From Eubacteriales bacterium (GTDB taxonomy: Bacteria; Bacillota; Clostridia; Oscillospirales; CAG-272), in the NCBI GenBank assembly GCA_045629725.1, contig JAZQRT010000095.1:1-37436 (forward strand): 37,436 nucleotides of DNA, in the 5' to 3' direction. The notes under the pieces are model-generated. The model had not been told where the DNA came from, did not search any database, and was given only the letters and a program-made list of their open reading frames with translations. Both the position numbers and the translations under genes were made by a program. Below, in pieces: positions 18,502 through 28,225 of the stretch (position 1 is the first letter of the stretch; every line of letters starts with the position of its first letter).

Positions 18502-18914
18502 TTTCTTTTGGTAATGGAATATGAAGGCTTCTTTTTATCGGTGGGCTTTTTCACTCCCTTTACAGGCGCAGACTTCTTTTTGGGCTCTGCCTTTTCTTTT
18601 TCGATAAGCTTCATATCGGAAACGTTATATTTGCGGTTTGCAGGTGTGGAGGATACCTTGAAAAGAACGAATTTTGAGCCTATAACCTGAACAAGCTCTG
18701 CATCTACTGCCGCTGCAATTCCTTCTCCCGCTTCCTTTGTGGAATATTCGCAGTTATCAAGAGTCTTGCACTTGATAAGCTCGCGGGCTTCAAGTGCATC
18801 TTCGATCTGCTTCAACATATTTTCATTTACTCCTCCCTTGCCCACTTGGAAAATGGTGTCAAGAGTCTGAGCCTGTGAGCGGAGCCACGCTCTTTGCTTT
18901 GATGAAAGTTCCAT
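18498..18914 (-). CDS. yhbY: CRM-domain RNA-binding protein YhbY with Lys-rich tail
   Basis: LSSKQRAWLRSQA, QVGKGG, ARELIK, VQVIG. Confidence 0.92.
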   Translation of the reverse strand: MELSSKQRAWLRSQAQTLDTIFQVGKGGVNENMLKQIEDALEARELIKCKTLDNCEYSTKEAGEGIAAAVDAELVQVIGSKFVLFKVSSTPANRKYNVSDMKLIEKEKAEPKKKSAPVKGVKKPTDKKKPSYSITKRK

Positions 18915-18935
18915 ATATTATCTAAACCTTTCTTA

Positions 18936-19529
18936 TTATATCTTTTCTTTAAATGCCTTTAAAAAGGCTTCGAGTGCACGTCTGCGGTGTGAGATGGAGT
19001 TTTTTTCTTCTCCCGAAAGCTCGGCAAAGGTTTTTCTGAATCCCTCGTGGTAGAAAAGAGGGTCGTACCCGAAGCCGTCCGTTCCTTTTTGGGAATCAAG
19101 AATGATTCCGCGGCACTCGCCGTTTACCGTAAAGCTTTCACCGGAGGGAAAACGGCAGGCGATGACCGACACAAATTTTGCCCCGCGTTTTTCATAAGGA
19201 ATACCCGAAAGGGCGGACAAAAGCTTTTCGTTATTTTTGTTGTCATCACAGGGCTCGCCTGCATATCTTGCAGAGTATACTCCCGGCGCACCGTCAAGGC
19301 AGTCAACGGAAAGTCCCGAGTCATCGGCGATGGTGATGTATCCGTATTTTGCAAGAGCGTTTACCTTTATCATGGCATTACCCTCAAAGGTGTCCGCATC
19401 TTCAATGATATCACCTTGAAAGCCGACGTCATGGAGAGTGTAAAGCTTGAGGTCGGGGATAAGTGTGCCGAGGATATCGTTTATCTCACGGAGCTTTTTC
19501 TGATTATTGGTTGCAACAAGTATTTCCAT
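18936..19529 (-). CDS. rdgB: dITP/XTP pyrophosphatase
   Basis: ATNN.KK, ADDSGL, GAPGVYSARY, GFGYDPLF, KNSISHR. Confidence 0.96.
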   Translation of the reverse strand: MEILVATNNQKKLREINDILGTLIPDLKLYTLHDVGFQGDIIEDADTFEGNAMIKVNALAKYGYITIADDSGLSVDCLDGAPGVYSARYAGEPCDDNKNNEKLLSALSGIPYEKRGAKFVSVIACRFPSGESFTVNGECRGIILDSQKGTDGFGYDPLFYHEGFRKTFAELSGEEKNSISHRRRALEAFLKAFKEKI

Positions 19530-19537
19530 GGCGCACC

Positions 19538-20443
19538 TTATTCAAACAATGCGTTGACGAAGTCAACTGCAGAGAAGGGCTGGAGGTCTTCCGCCTTTTC
19601 TCCCACGCCAATGAATTTTACGGGAATGTCAAGCTCCTGCTTAACGGAGAATATAACGCCGCCCTTTGCAGTTCCGTCAAGCTTGGTAAGCACAAGTCCT
19701 GTGATATCTGCCGTGTTTTTGAATTCCTTTGCCTGAATTACTGCATTCTGTCCTGTTGTTGAGTCAATAACAAGGAGATTTTCTCGACAGGCATCGGGAA
19801 GCTCACGGTTGATTACACGGTTTATTTTTGCAAGCTCATCCATAAGATTTTTCTTGTTGTGCAGACGTCCTGCAGTGTCAATAATGAGAACGTCGGCATT
19901 TCTTTTCTTAACGGCGGCGATAGCGTCAAATACTACGGCGGCAGGGTCTGCTCCCTCGCCTTGCTTGATTATGTCAACGCCTATTCTGTCAGCCCATACT
20001 CCAAGCTGGTCAATAGCACCTGCGCGGAATGTGTCTGCGGCGGCAAGAACAACCTTTTTGCCTTGCTCCTTGAGCTGCTTTGAGATCTTGGCGATTGATG
20101 TTGTTTTACCAACTCCGTTTACTCCGATAACAAGTACAACGGAGGGCGTTGTTTCAAGCTTAAGGGGTGTATCCTCACCGATGTGCTTCACAAGGATCTC
20201 CTTAAGCACGTCAAGAGCATCGTCCCCTCCTTGAATATTTCTTTCTTTAAGAGTATCACGGAGCTCCTCGATAATAAGTTCTGTGGAGTTCACGCCAACG
20301 TCGGACATGATAAGAAGCTCCTCAAGCTCTTCAAGAAGGTCCTCGTCCACACGGCGCATATTTTTAACAATGGTCTTAACCTGTCCGAAAATGGATTCCT
20401 TGGTTTTTGTAAGACCTTTTTTCAGATTTTCAAAAAATCCCAT
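19538..20443 (-). CDS. ftsY: SRP receptor FtsY
   Basis: GVNGVGKTT, DTFR, DTAGR, TKLDGTAKGG. Confidence 0.97.
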   Translation of the reverse strand: MGFFENLKKGLTKTKESIFGQVKTIVKNMRRVDEDLLEELEELLIMSDVGVNSTELIIEELRDTLKERNIQGGDDALDVLKEILVKHIGEDTPLKLETTPSVVLVIGVNGVGKTTSIAKISKQLKEQGKKVVLAAADTFRAGAIDQLGVWADRIGVDIIKQGEGADPAAVVFDAIAAVKKRNADVLIIDTAGRLHNKKNLMDELAKINRVINRELPDACRENLLVIDSTTGQNAVIQAKEFKNTADITGLVLTKLDGTAKGGVIFSVKQELDIPVKFIGVGEKAEDLQPFSAVDFVNALFE

Positions 20444-20460
20444 ATATTTCTCCTTTGGGT

Positions 20461-23400
20461 TTATTTAATGTCTTTAAGTCCCAGCTTTTCCTCAATTTCG
20501 TTGACTTCAATGCTGAGTACGTTGGATATACCTCTTTGCTGCATTGCAACACCGTAAAGAGTGTCCGCAAGCTCCATCGTTCCTCGTCTGTGAGAGATGA
20601 TAATGAACTGAGTTTTATCCGAGAATTTCTTTGCGTAGCTTGCAAAACGCTTTACGTTTACTTCGTCGAGCGCCGCCTCGATCTCGTCAAGCAGACAGAA
20701 GGGAGCGGGAGTTACTCGCAGGATCGCAAAGAAAAGGGCTATGGCAACGAATACCTGCTCTCCGCCCGAAAGGAGTGAAAGGCTTTTGATGATCTTTCCG
20801 GGAGGTGCAACGCTTATCTCAATTCCCGATTCAAGTACGTTTTCGGGGTCGGTAAGAGAAAGCTCTCCGCGGCCGCCTCCGAAAAGCTCGGAAAATACCA
20901 CTGTGAAGTTTTCGTTGATCTTATTAAAGGTCTGCACGAACATCGTTTTCATCTGACGTTCCATATTGCGTACGATGGAGGTGTATTCCTCCTTTGATTT
21001 CATAAGATCGCTGTACTGACGGTCAAGCTCTTCAAATTCTACCTTTTTCGTAGCATATTCTTCAATAGATGCAAGGTTAACGTCTCCAAGCTCCTTCATT
21101 TGACGCTTCAAGCGGTTCTGCTGAGTAACGAAGGCGGGCTTATTTTCAGGTGTGAGCTTTTCGTGGGGGATCTCCTCGGCTGATGCGTAGGTAAGATCGT
21201 ATTCGTCCCACAAAAGTGAAAGGTATTTGTCCTGCTCGTTGTTTACGAACTCTGCTTGTTCTTTGGCTCTGGTCAGCACCTTAAAGCAGTTTTCACGGTG
21301 AGTCATTTTTTCCTTGATCTGTCCCTTTATTTTAGCTGAATCCGTTTCAAGGCTGAAGGCATTGTTGCGAAGTGAAATTGCATCCTTGTCAAGCTCGGAA
21401 ATAAGACGAGCCATTTCCTGTGCCTTTTCTTTTTCGTTTTTAACGGTTTCAAGAAGGGTTGTACGGCGCAGGGATTGCATTTCAAGCTCCGTCATATCTT
21501 CTTTTTCGGAAATGCCCAAAGCAAGTGCTCTTTCGTTTGCCGCTTCAATTTCACGCTTGGTATATTCAAGAGCAGAGGACATTGCGCTGATCTTTGAATC
21601 AAGAGAGTTCTTTTCATCAATTATAATGCCTCTGATCTCCTCATTTGCTCCTCTTTGGAGTTTTTCCGAAGAAAGTTTTCCGCGCAGGTCACCGATCTCC
21701 TTTTCAAGTGCAGAGATAAGTATCTCGGCTTGATTGATCTTTTCAATAGAAAGGTCCTGTGCACGGCTTATTTCCTCAAGCTCGGCAAGAAGATTTGAGA
21801 TGTTCTCTTTGATTGAATTTGACCGCTCTGAAACGAGTCGGGCTTCAAATTCCGCATTCCGCATAAGCCCCTCGGCAATTTCAAGGTCTGATTCAAGGAA
21901 GGAAATATCGTCGTTTATATTCTCTGAATCCTTAAGCGTTTCGGAATATTTCTTGTCAAGGGAAGAAATTTCTTTTTTCAGTTGTTCTGCTTTTTCAGTT
22001 AAAGAAACTATTTCTGCACGGCGGGTGAGTATGCCGCTTGTGGTCTTGTGAGAACCACCCGTAAAGGAACCGCCTGCGTTAACGGTCTGTCCGTCAAGGG
22101 TTACGATCCTGAATTTATAATCGAATTCACGGCCGATGTCACCTGCTTTGTCAATATCGGTGCAGATAACGGTCCTGCCCAGAAGAAATTCAATTACAGG
22201 ACGGTATTTGCTGTCACACTTGACAAGATTGGAGGCAATTCCTATATATCCTGAGCATTTTTTTAATTTTTCTATATCTACGTTTAATTTAGAGGGGCGT
22301 ACTGTGTTGAGGGGGTAGAAGGTCACAACTCCTCCGCGCTCTGCCTTAAGCTTACCGATTGCCGCTTTTGCAGATCTGTCACTTTCGCAGACTATGTTCT
22401 GAAGTGTTGAGCCAAGTGCACTTTCATATGCCACCGAATATTTTGGATCAATGGATATAAGTCTTGAAACAGGGCCACATATTCCGGAAAGGAATCCCTT
22501 TCCTGCCCATTCCATTACGAGCTTGACGCTGGAGGCAAGTCCCTCAAAGTGCTCCTCCATACGGCGGAGGTTTTCCGCGCGTCCTTCGAGCGTTGAAATG
22601 CTTATAATAGCACTTCGTTTTTCTTCGTCAATTTTAGCAAGTGTGTTTGTGTAGTTCTTTTTTTCATTTTCAAGGGAGGATATCCTTTCCTTGATCGTTT
22701 TAAGCTTATCCCTGTGATCGAGAAGTGTCAGGGAGAGCTCCTTTTCTTTTTCTGCGTTTTCCTTGAGGCGTTCTCTGTATTCTGAGATTTCTGCTTTTAT
22801 ATCCTCGTTTTTGTTGTCATCTCCACCCTTGGATGCCTTGAGGGATGAAAGCTCGAGCTTCGTTTGGACAAGCTCATCGCCTTTAGACTCAATAAGCTCG
22901 GATAATTCCTCGATCCTTTCATCGTTATCGGATATCTTACGGCGTATGTCCATAAGAGATGACTCTGTTTTTGCGAATTTTTCCTTAAGAATTGAAAGCT
23001 GTTCTTCAGCTTCAAGGAGCTTTTTGTTCAGCGTATCCGTTATTTCCAAGGACTTCGTTCCGTTTTTGCGGATCTCCTGAAGCTCCTTTGTAAGTCTTGT
23101 TATATTTTCGTCAACGTGAAGTATCTCGTTTTCCATCAAAGAAGCGGTACTTTCGTGACTGTGCTTTTCCTCTGTATAGTTGCGTATTGCCGTTCTGTTT
23201 TGCTCAAGCTTTTCGTTATTTTCACGGATAAGATCGGCAAAGCGTTCGCTTCTTGTTTCAAGTGCGCGAACCTCATCGTCAGCAATATCGTATTCGTGCT
23301 GGGAGATCTCGTATTTTTTTATAAGCTCTTCTGCTTTTGATTTCACAGAATCTATTTCCCAAAGCCATACTGCGATGTCTATCTTCATTTTTTCATCGCG

Positions 23401-24060
23401 CAGGGCAGTGTATTTTTTTGCTTTTATGCTTTGCTTTTCAAGCGGACCAAGCTGGGATTCAAGGGAATTACGGAGTATCTCAGCGCTTGAAAGGTTGAGC
23501 TCAACCTCAACGAGCTTGCGTTCAGCATCGTTTTTTCTTGCACGGTATCTGGAGATACCTGCCGCTTCTTCAAATATACCGCGGCGTTCTTCACTTTTCT
23601 TTGAAATGATTTCCGCAATACGTCCCTGACCGATTATTGAATATCCCGATTTTCCAAGACCTGTATTCATAAACATATCGGTAATATCGCGAAGTCTCAC
23701 TGTCTTACGGTTTATCATGTATTCGCTGACGCCCGTACGGTAATATTTTCTTGTTACACACACCTCGTCATAAGGAACGTTCAGAGGGATCTCACCTTTC
23801 GTGTTGTCAAAGGTAAGGGAAACCTCAGCAAATCCCATTGGGCGGCGGGAATCGCAGCCGCCGAAGATGACGTCCTCCATTTTTGTTCCGCGCATATTTT
23901 TTGATGAAAGCTCACCGAGAACCCATCTTATGGCATCGGAGATATTGGATTTACCGCTGCCGTTAGGTCCGACGACAACGGTCATTCCGGGGCTGACGTT
24001 TATTCTTGTTTTATCCGGAAAGGATTTGAATCCCTGCATTTCAATATATTTTAACTGCAT
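20461..24060 (-). CDS. smc: Chromosome segregation protein SMC
   Basis: GFKSF, GPNGSGKSN, coiled coils, hinge glycines, LSGGE, LDEIEAALD. Start at ATG 24060 after GAGG. Confidence 0.97.
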   Translation of the reverse strand: MQLKYIEMQGFKSFPDKTRINVSPGMTVVVGPNGSGKSNISDAIRWVLGELSSKNMRGTKMEDVIFGGCDSRRPMGFAEVSLTFDNTKGEIPLNVPYDEVCVTRKYYRTGVSEYMINRKTVRLRDITDMFMNTGLGKSGYSIIGQGRIAEIISKKSEERRGIFEEAAGISRYRARKNDAERKLVEVELNLSSAEILRNSLESQLGPLEKQSIKAKKYTALRDEKMKIDIAVWLWEIDSVKSKAEELIKKYEISQHEYDIADDEVRALETRSERFADLIRENNEKLEQNRTAIRNYTEEKHSHESTASLMENEILHVDENITRLTKELQEIRKNGTKSLEITDTLNKKLLEAEEQLSILKEKFAKTESSLMDIRRKISDNDERIEELSELIESKGDELVQTKLELSSLKASKGGDDNKNEDIKAEISEYRERLKENAEKEKELSLTLLDHRDKLKTIKERISSLENEKKNYTNTLAKIDEEKRSAIISISTLEGRAENLRRMEEHFEGLASSVKLVMEWAGKGFLSGICGPVSRLISIDPKYSVAYESALGSTLQNIVCESDRSAKAAIGKLKAERGGVVTFYPLNTVRPSKLNVDIEKLKKCSGYIGIASNLVKCDSKYRPVIEFLLGRTVICTDIDKAGDIGREFDYKFRIVTLDGQTVNAGGSFTGGSHKTTSGILTRRAEIVSLTEKAEQLKKEISSLDKKYSETLKDSENINDDISFLESDLEIAEGLMRNAEFEARLVSERSNSIKENISNLLAELEEISRAQDLSIEKINQAEILISALEKEIGDLRGKLSSEKLQRGANEEIRGIIIDEKNSLDSKISAMSSALEYTKREIEAANERALALGISEKEDMTELEMQSLRRTTLLETVKNEKEKAQEMARLISELDKDAISLRNNAFSLETDSAKIKGQIKEKMTHRENCFKVLTRAKEQAEFVNNEQDKYLSLLWDEYDLTYASAEEIPHEKLTPENKPAFVTQQNRLKRQMKELGDVNLASIEEYATKKVEFEELDRQYSDLMKSKEEYTSIVRNMERQMKTMFVQTFNKINENFTVVFSELFGGGRGELSLTDPENVLESGIEISVAPPGKIIKSLSLLSGGEQVFVAIALFFAILRVTPAPFCLLDEIEAALDEVNVKRFASYAKKFSDKTQFIIISHRRGTMELADTLYGVAMQQRGISNVLSIEVNEIEEKLGLKDIK

Positions 24061-24147
24061 TTTTTTACCTCGTGGGAAATTACCCCTTTTGAGCAAAACG
24101 TTGGAGTAATTTCATGGGCATAAGGTCTTATAAAAGCCGTGCCCCTT

Positions 24148-25176
24148 TTATTTTGTGTCCTCCAACAACTTACATTCATAACCATGGACGGAGCTGTCGG
24201 CAATAAATTTTACGTGTATGTTATAATTTTCAAGAAAGAAAACTTTATTTTCTTTTTTATATCCGTAAGCATCGAAAAGACGTTTTGGTGATACAGCAAA
24301 ACGAACTTGACGAGGACGGACTTGTGGTGGAATATCATGTTTATGAAGCTCCTCTAAAACCGAGAGCTTCATAACCTTACCAAGCGAGATGCTTCCGAAG
24401 GCGGGATGATATGCTCCTGCGGTGAGCACTGTGCTATCCGAAAGGTTTTCCTGAGCCTGCAGGCCGCATCTGATGCAGGGGATTTTATAGGATTCAATGA
24501 GCATGAGTATTTTTGCGGCGCGTTCAGCTCCTTCGTTTACCGAAAGCGGTGTGTATTCTCCCGAAAGCCTCATGCATTCAAGCTCGGTGTTTGAAAAGAC
24601 CGCGGTAGGATATATTCTGACGGCATCCACCCGAAGTTTGCAAAGTACTTCTGCCGTCATCAGCTCGTCCTCAAGGGTTGATGATGGTAATCCGAGCATC
24701 ATCTGCCCAACAAGTGAAAATCCATATTCCTTAATAAGCATACAGGCTTTTTTTGAATCATCGGAGCTATGACCTCTTTTTGAGGCTGAAAGCACCTTGT
24801 CGGAAAGACTTTGAATTCCAAGCTCAATGGTCTTAACTCCGTGATTTTTTAAAATAGTCAGAATTTCCTCGTTGATGTAGTCGGGTCTTGTGGAAAGTCT
24901 TACAGAGCCGATCTTGCCTTTGTCTATGTATTCCTTTGCTATTTTCAAAAGATACAGCATGTCATCTCTGTCAATACCTGTAAAGGAGCCGCCGAAGAAT
25001 GCGATCTCAGCATCGTCCTTTTCAGGGTCAATGGTCTTTAGAGCTTCCTCAATAATGCCTGTAACCGATTCTCGGTTGAAGGAGGTTTTTCCTGAAATGC
25101 TTCTTTGATTGCAGAATACACACATGTTGGGGCAACCGAGGTGAGGAATAAATATCGGAATGTTTTTGTGAGCCAT
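24148..25176 (-). CDS. Radical SAM protein (Elp3-like, the type found between rnc and smc in Clostridia)
   Basis: CPNMCVFC (CxxxCxxC), FFGGSFT, STRPD, ELGIQS, RIYPT. Confidence 0.9.
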   Translation of the reverse strand: MAHKNIPIFIPHLGCPNMCVFCNQRSISGKTSFNRESVTGIIEEALKTIDPEKDDAEIAFFGGSFTGIDRDDMLYLLKIAKEYIDKGKIGSVRLSTRPDYINEEILTILKNHGVKTIELGIQSLSDKVLSASKRGHSSDDSKKACMLIKEYGFSLVGQMMLGLPSSTLEDELMTAEVLCKLRVDAVRIYPTAVFSNTELECMRLSGEYTPLSVNEGAERAAKILMLIESYKIPCIRCGLQAQENLSDSTVLTAGAYHPAFGSISLGKVMKLSVLEELHKHDIPPQVRPRQVRFAVSPKRLFDAYGYKKENKVFFLENYNIHVKFIADSSVHGYECKLLEDTK

Positions 25177-25880
25177 TATTTAATACCGAAAAGACGGAGT
25201 GCATCCTTTGCCGCCGCTTTTTCTGCGTGTTTTATAGAGGGACCGAAGCCGTGGCCGATTATGTTCGAATTAAGCTTTACCTCTACCTCAAAGGTCTTAT
25301 TGTGATCGGGGCCGGACTCGGAAACAGTCCTGTATTCAAGATGTTCTCCGGGACCCTCCTTTTGGATCAGTATTTGAAGCTTGGTTTTATAGTCAGTTGA
25401 GTCAGTATCGGTAATAGCTCCATCAAGCTTTCCTGTAATAAAGGGAAGGACAAAGGCTTTTGCGGCTTCATATCCGCCGTCAAGGTAGATTGCGGCAACG
25501 ATTGCCTCAAAGGCGTCCTCAAGAAGCTTTTTTTTCGTTCTGCCGCCGCTTTGTTCTTCGCCCTTGCCAAGAAGGAGGTGATCGCCCACGCCGATCTTTT
25601 TGGAATAATCCTTTTCGGAATCACCTTCCACTGCTTCTGCGCGAAGCTTTGAAAGATCTCCCTCGGGAACATTCGGATACTTCTTATAAATATACTCTGA
25701 GGTTATCATAGAGAGTATCGCATCACCGAGAAACTCAAGACGCTCATTACATTCCGAGGGTATGCCCTTTGCTTTTTGTTCGTTTGAATATGAGGAGTGT
25801 GTAAGAGCGGTTTCAAGCTTTTTTATATCGTTAAAGGTGTATCCGATTGCTTTTTCAAGTTTTTTTAGTTCTATTTTCAT
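25176..25880 (-). CDS. rnc: Ribonuclease III
   Basis: ALTHSS, NERLEFLGDA, DAFEA and a C-terminal dsRBD. Confidence 0.97.
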   Translation of the reverse strand: MKIELKKLEKAIGYTFNDIKKLETALTHSSYSNEQKAKGIPSECNERLEFLGDAILSMITSEYIYKKYPNVPEGDLSKLRAEAVEGDSEKDYSKKIGVGDHLLLGKGEEQSGGRTKKKLLEDAFEAIVAAIYLDGGYEAAKAFVLPFITGKLDGAITDTDSTDYKTKLQILIQKEGPGEHLEYRTVSESGPDHNKTFEVEVKLNSNIIGHGFGPSIKHAEKAAAKDALRLFGIK

Positions 25881-25897
25881 TTTATTTCTCCGAAATA

Positions 25898-26890
25898 TTA
25901 GGGTTCCTTTTGAGAGATCAGACGAAGCTCATCTTCAATTTTATGTATAATGGATGTTCTGTAAATATTTATAGCCTGTCCGACTGCATTTTTTACAGCC
26001 CGTGAGTCCGATGAGCCGTGCGCCTTGATTACGGGCATGGCAAGTCCCAAAAGCGGCGCACCTCCGTGCTCGGAGGCATCAAAGCGTTTTTTGAAGGCGG
26101 TAAGTTCTTTTTTCAGCATTATAGCCGCAAGGAGGTTCTTTTTGAGAATTGGCTTTAAGGAGCTCATGAAAAATTTTCCCATGCCTTCAATGGTTTTGAG
26201 AAGAATATTTCCTGTAAATCCATCGGTAACAAGAACGTCACAGGTGTTGTTCATAACCATAGATGCTTCAATATTGCCAACAAAATTTATGCTTTGGCAT
26301 TCTGAGAGCACTTTATAGGAGTCCACTTGGAGCGAGGTGCCTTTGGAGGATTCCGTTCCGTTGTTAAGAAGTCCTACGCGCACATTTTCAATGCCGTAAA
26401 GATTTTTCATGTATATACTTCCCATTATGGCAAGACTCTTCATGTATTCGGGACTAAGTGTAAGGTTAGCCCCCGAATCAAGGAGAAGTACCGGAGATTC
26501 AAAAGGGAGTATCGTTGCAATGGCGGAACGTTTGATTCCCGAAATTTTAGGGACGTAAAGCGTTGCTCCTGTGTGCAGTGCTCCGGTGCTTCCGGCACTT
26601 ACAAAGGCATCAACTTCTCCGTTTTTCAAAAGTTCAAAGCCCACGCGAAGGGAAGAATCCGTTTTTGTGCGTACAAGCAAGGGAGAATCATCCATCGATA
26701 TAACGTCATTGGCGTTGTAAATGGCTATTTTTGAAAGGTCGATTCCGTTTTCCTTGGCAAGAGCGCGGAGCTTATCCTCCTTGCCTACAAGACAAATGCT
26801 TTCAATATATTCATTTGAGGCAAGCGAGGCACCTTTGAGAATTTCAAGGGGAGCATTATCTCCGCCCATAGCATCAATCAGTATTTTCAT
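25898..26890 (-). CDS. plsX: Phosphate acyltransferase PlsX
   Basis: IDAMGGDNAP, SAGSTGA, DSGAN, DGFTGN, KAHGSS. Confidence 0.96.
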   Translation of the reverse strand: MKILIDAMGGDNAPLEILKGASLASNEYIESICLVGKEDKLRALAKENGIDLSKIAIYNANDVISMDDSPLLVRTKTDSSLRVGFELLKNGEVDAFVSAGSTGALHTGATLYVPKISGIKRSAIATILPFESPVLLLDSGANLTLSPEYMKSLAIMGSIYMKNLYGIENVRVGLLNNGTESSKGTSLQVDSYKVLSECQSINFVGNIEASMVMNNTCDVLVTDGFTGNILLKTIEGMGKFFMSSLKPILKKNLLAAIMLKKELTAFKKRFDASEHGGAPLLGLAMPVIKAHGSSDSRAVKNAVGQAINIYRTSIIHKIEDELRLISQKEP

Positions 26891-26895
26891 AGAGT

Positions 26896-28224
26896 TTAAA
26901 GTGAGTTATTTGTTTTAAATTCTTCAAGTATTCTTATCGATCTGTTTGCGTATTCTGCATTTCTTGCAACTTTTCCGCCTTTAACCTTATATCCAAGGGG
27001 CTCGATAATGCCGAAGTTGGCGTTCATGGGCTGGAATGAGCCTGTAGTTCCTTGGGAAACGTAACGAGCCATAGCACCGAGCTGGGACTCAACGGGAAAA
27101 CGCAGAGTGGGGAGCCCAAGGGCAAGTCTTGCGGCATTGATTCCCGCAACAATGCCCGAGCCGGCGGATTCAACGTATCCTTCAACTCCCGTCATTTGTC
27201 CTGCAAAGAAGATGTTTTTGTTGGTTCTGAGGGAGTAGTCTGCGTCGAGCAGCTTGGGCGAATTAAGGTAAGTGTTTCTGTGCATAACGCCGTAGCGTAA
27301 AAATTCAGCCTTTTCAAGTCCGGGAATCAAACGGAAAACTCGGCGCTGTTCCTCAAATGCAAGATGTGTCTGAAAGCCAACGAGGTTGTACATCGTTCCC
27401 TCTGTGTTTTCAGCACGAAGCTGTACTACCGCGAAGGCTTCCTTTCCCGTTGAGGGAAGGGGAAGACCAACAGGCTTGAGGGGGCCGTAAAGGAGGGTAT
27501 CAAAGCCTCTTTTTGCCATGACCTCAACAGGCATACAGCCTTCAAAAACAGTCAGATCCTTTTGGCTTTCCTTGTCAAAATCATGAAGCTCAGCTTCTCG
27601 TGCGCTGATAAGCGCGGAGTAGAATACCTCGTATTCCTCTTTTGTCATGGGACAGTTATAATAGCAGGCCTCTCCCTTGCCGTATCTTGAGGCAAGAAAG
27701 GCGATATCCGTGTTGATTGAAGAAGCTTCTACGATGGGGGCTGCCGCATCAAAAAAATGTAATGCTTCGGGAGCAAGCTCTTTTCTTATATACTCCGAAA
27801 AATCATCCGAGGTAAGAGGCCCGGTTGCGATAACGGTTATTTCGTCATCGGGCAGGGAAGTGATCTCCCCGTATTTAATAGTGATAAGGGGATTTGATCT
27901 GATCTTCTCGGTAATATATTCGGAAAATTTGATTCTGTCAACCGCAAGAGCGGAGCCTGCGGGCACTGCGGTAGCATATGCCGCTTCCATAATAAGGGAT
28001 GAGAATATCTCCATTTCCTTTTTAAGAAGTCCTACGGCATTCTCTATTTGTCCTGATCTTAATGAGTTGGAGCATACAAGCTCTGCAAAGGTGTCGGCTT
28101 TATGTGCAGGGGACTTTTTGTCGGGCTTCATTTCGTAAAGCGTCACAGAGCAACCGAGTCTTGTTGCCGCATGTGCCGCTTCACATCCTGCGAGTCCTGC
28201 ACCGATTATATTAACGTGGGGCAT
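26896..28224 (-). CDS. trmFO: tRNA m5U54 methyltransferase TrmFO (Gid)
   Basis: GAGLAG, ELVCSNS, FEGCMP, RYGVMHRNTY, GVEGYVES. Confidence 0.97.
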   Translation of the reverse strand: MPHVNIIGAGLAGCEAAHAATRLGCSVTLYEMKPDKKSPAHKADTFAELVCSNSLRSGQIENAVGLLKKEMEIFSSLIMEAAYATAVPAGSALAVDRIKFSEYITEKIRSNPLITIKYGEITSLPDDEITVIATGPLTSDDFSEYIRKELAPEALHFFDAAAPIVEASSINTDIAFLASRYGKGEACYYNCPMTKEEYEVFYSALISAREAELHDFDKESQKDLTVFEGCMPVEVMAKRGFDTLLYGPLKPVGLPLPSTGKEAFAVVQLRAENTEGTMYNLVGFQTHLAFEEQRRVFRLIPGLEKAEFLRYGVMHRNTYLNSPKLLDADYSLRTNKNIFFAGQMTGVEGYVESAGSGIVAGINAARLALGLPTLRFPVESQLGAMARYVSQGTTGSFQPMNANFGIIEPLGYKVKGGKVARNAEYANRSIRILEEFKTNNSL

Positions 28225-28225
28225 A

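Noticed and set aside
19047-19736. 229-aa plus-strand ORF, and similar antisense ORFs over leuS, smc, trmFO and topA
   Set aside because: Antisense to well-conserved genes, with no recognisable motifs or RBS.
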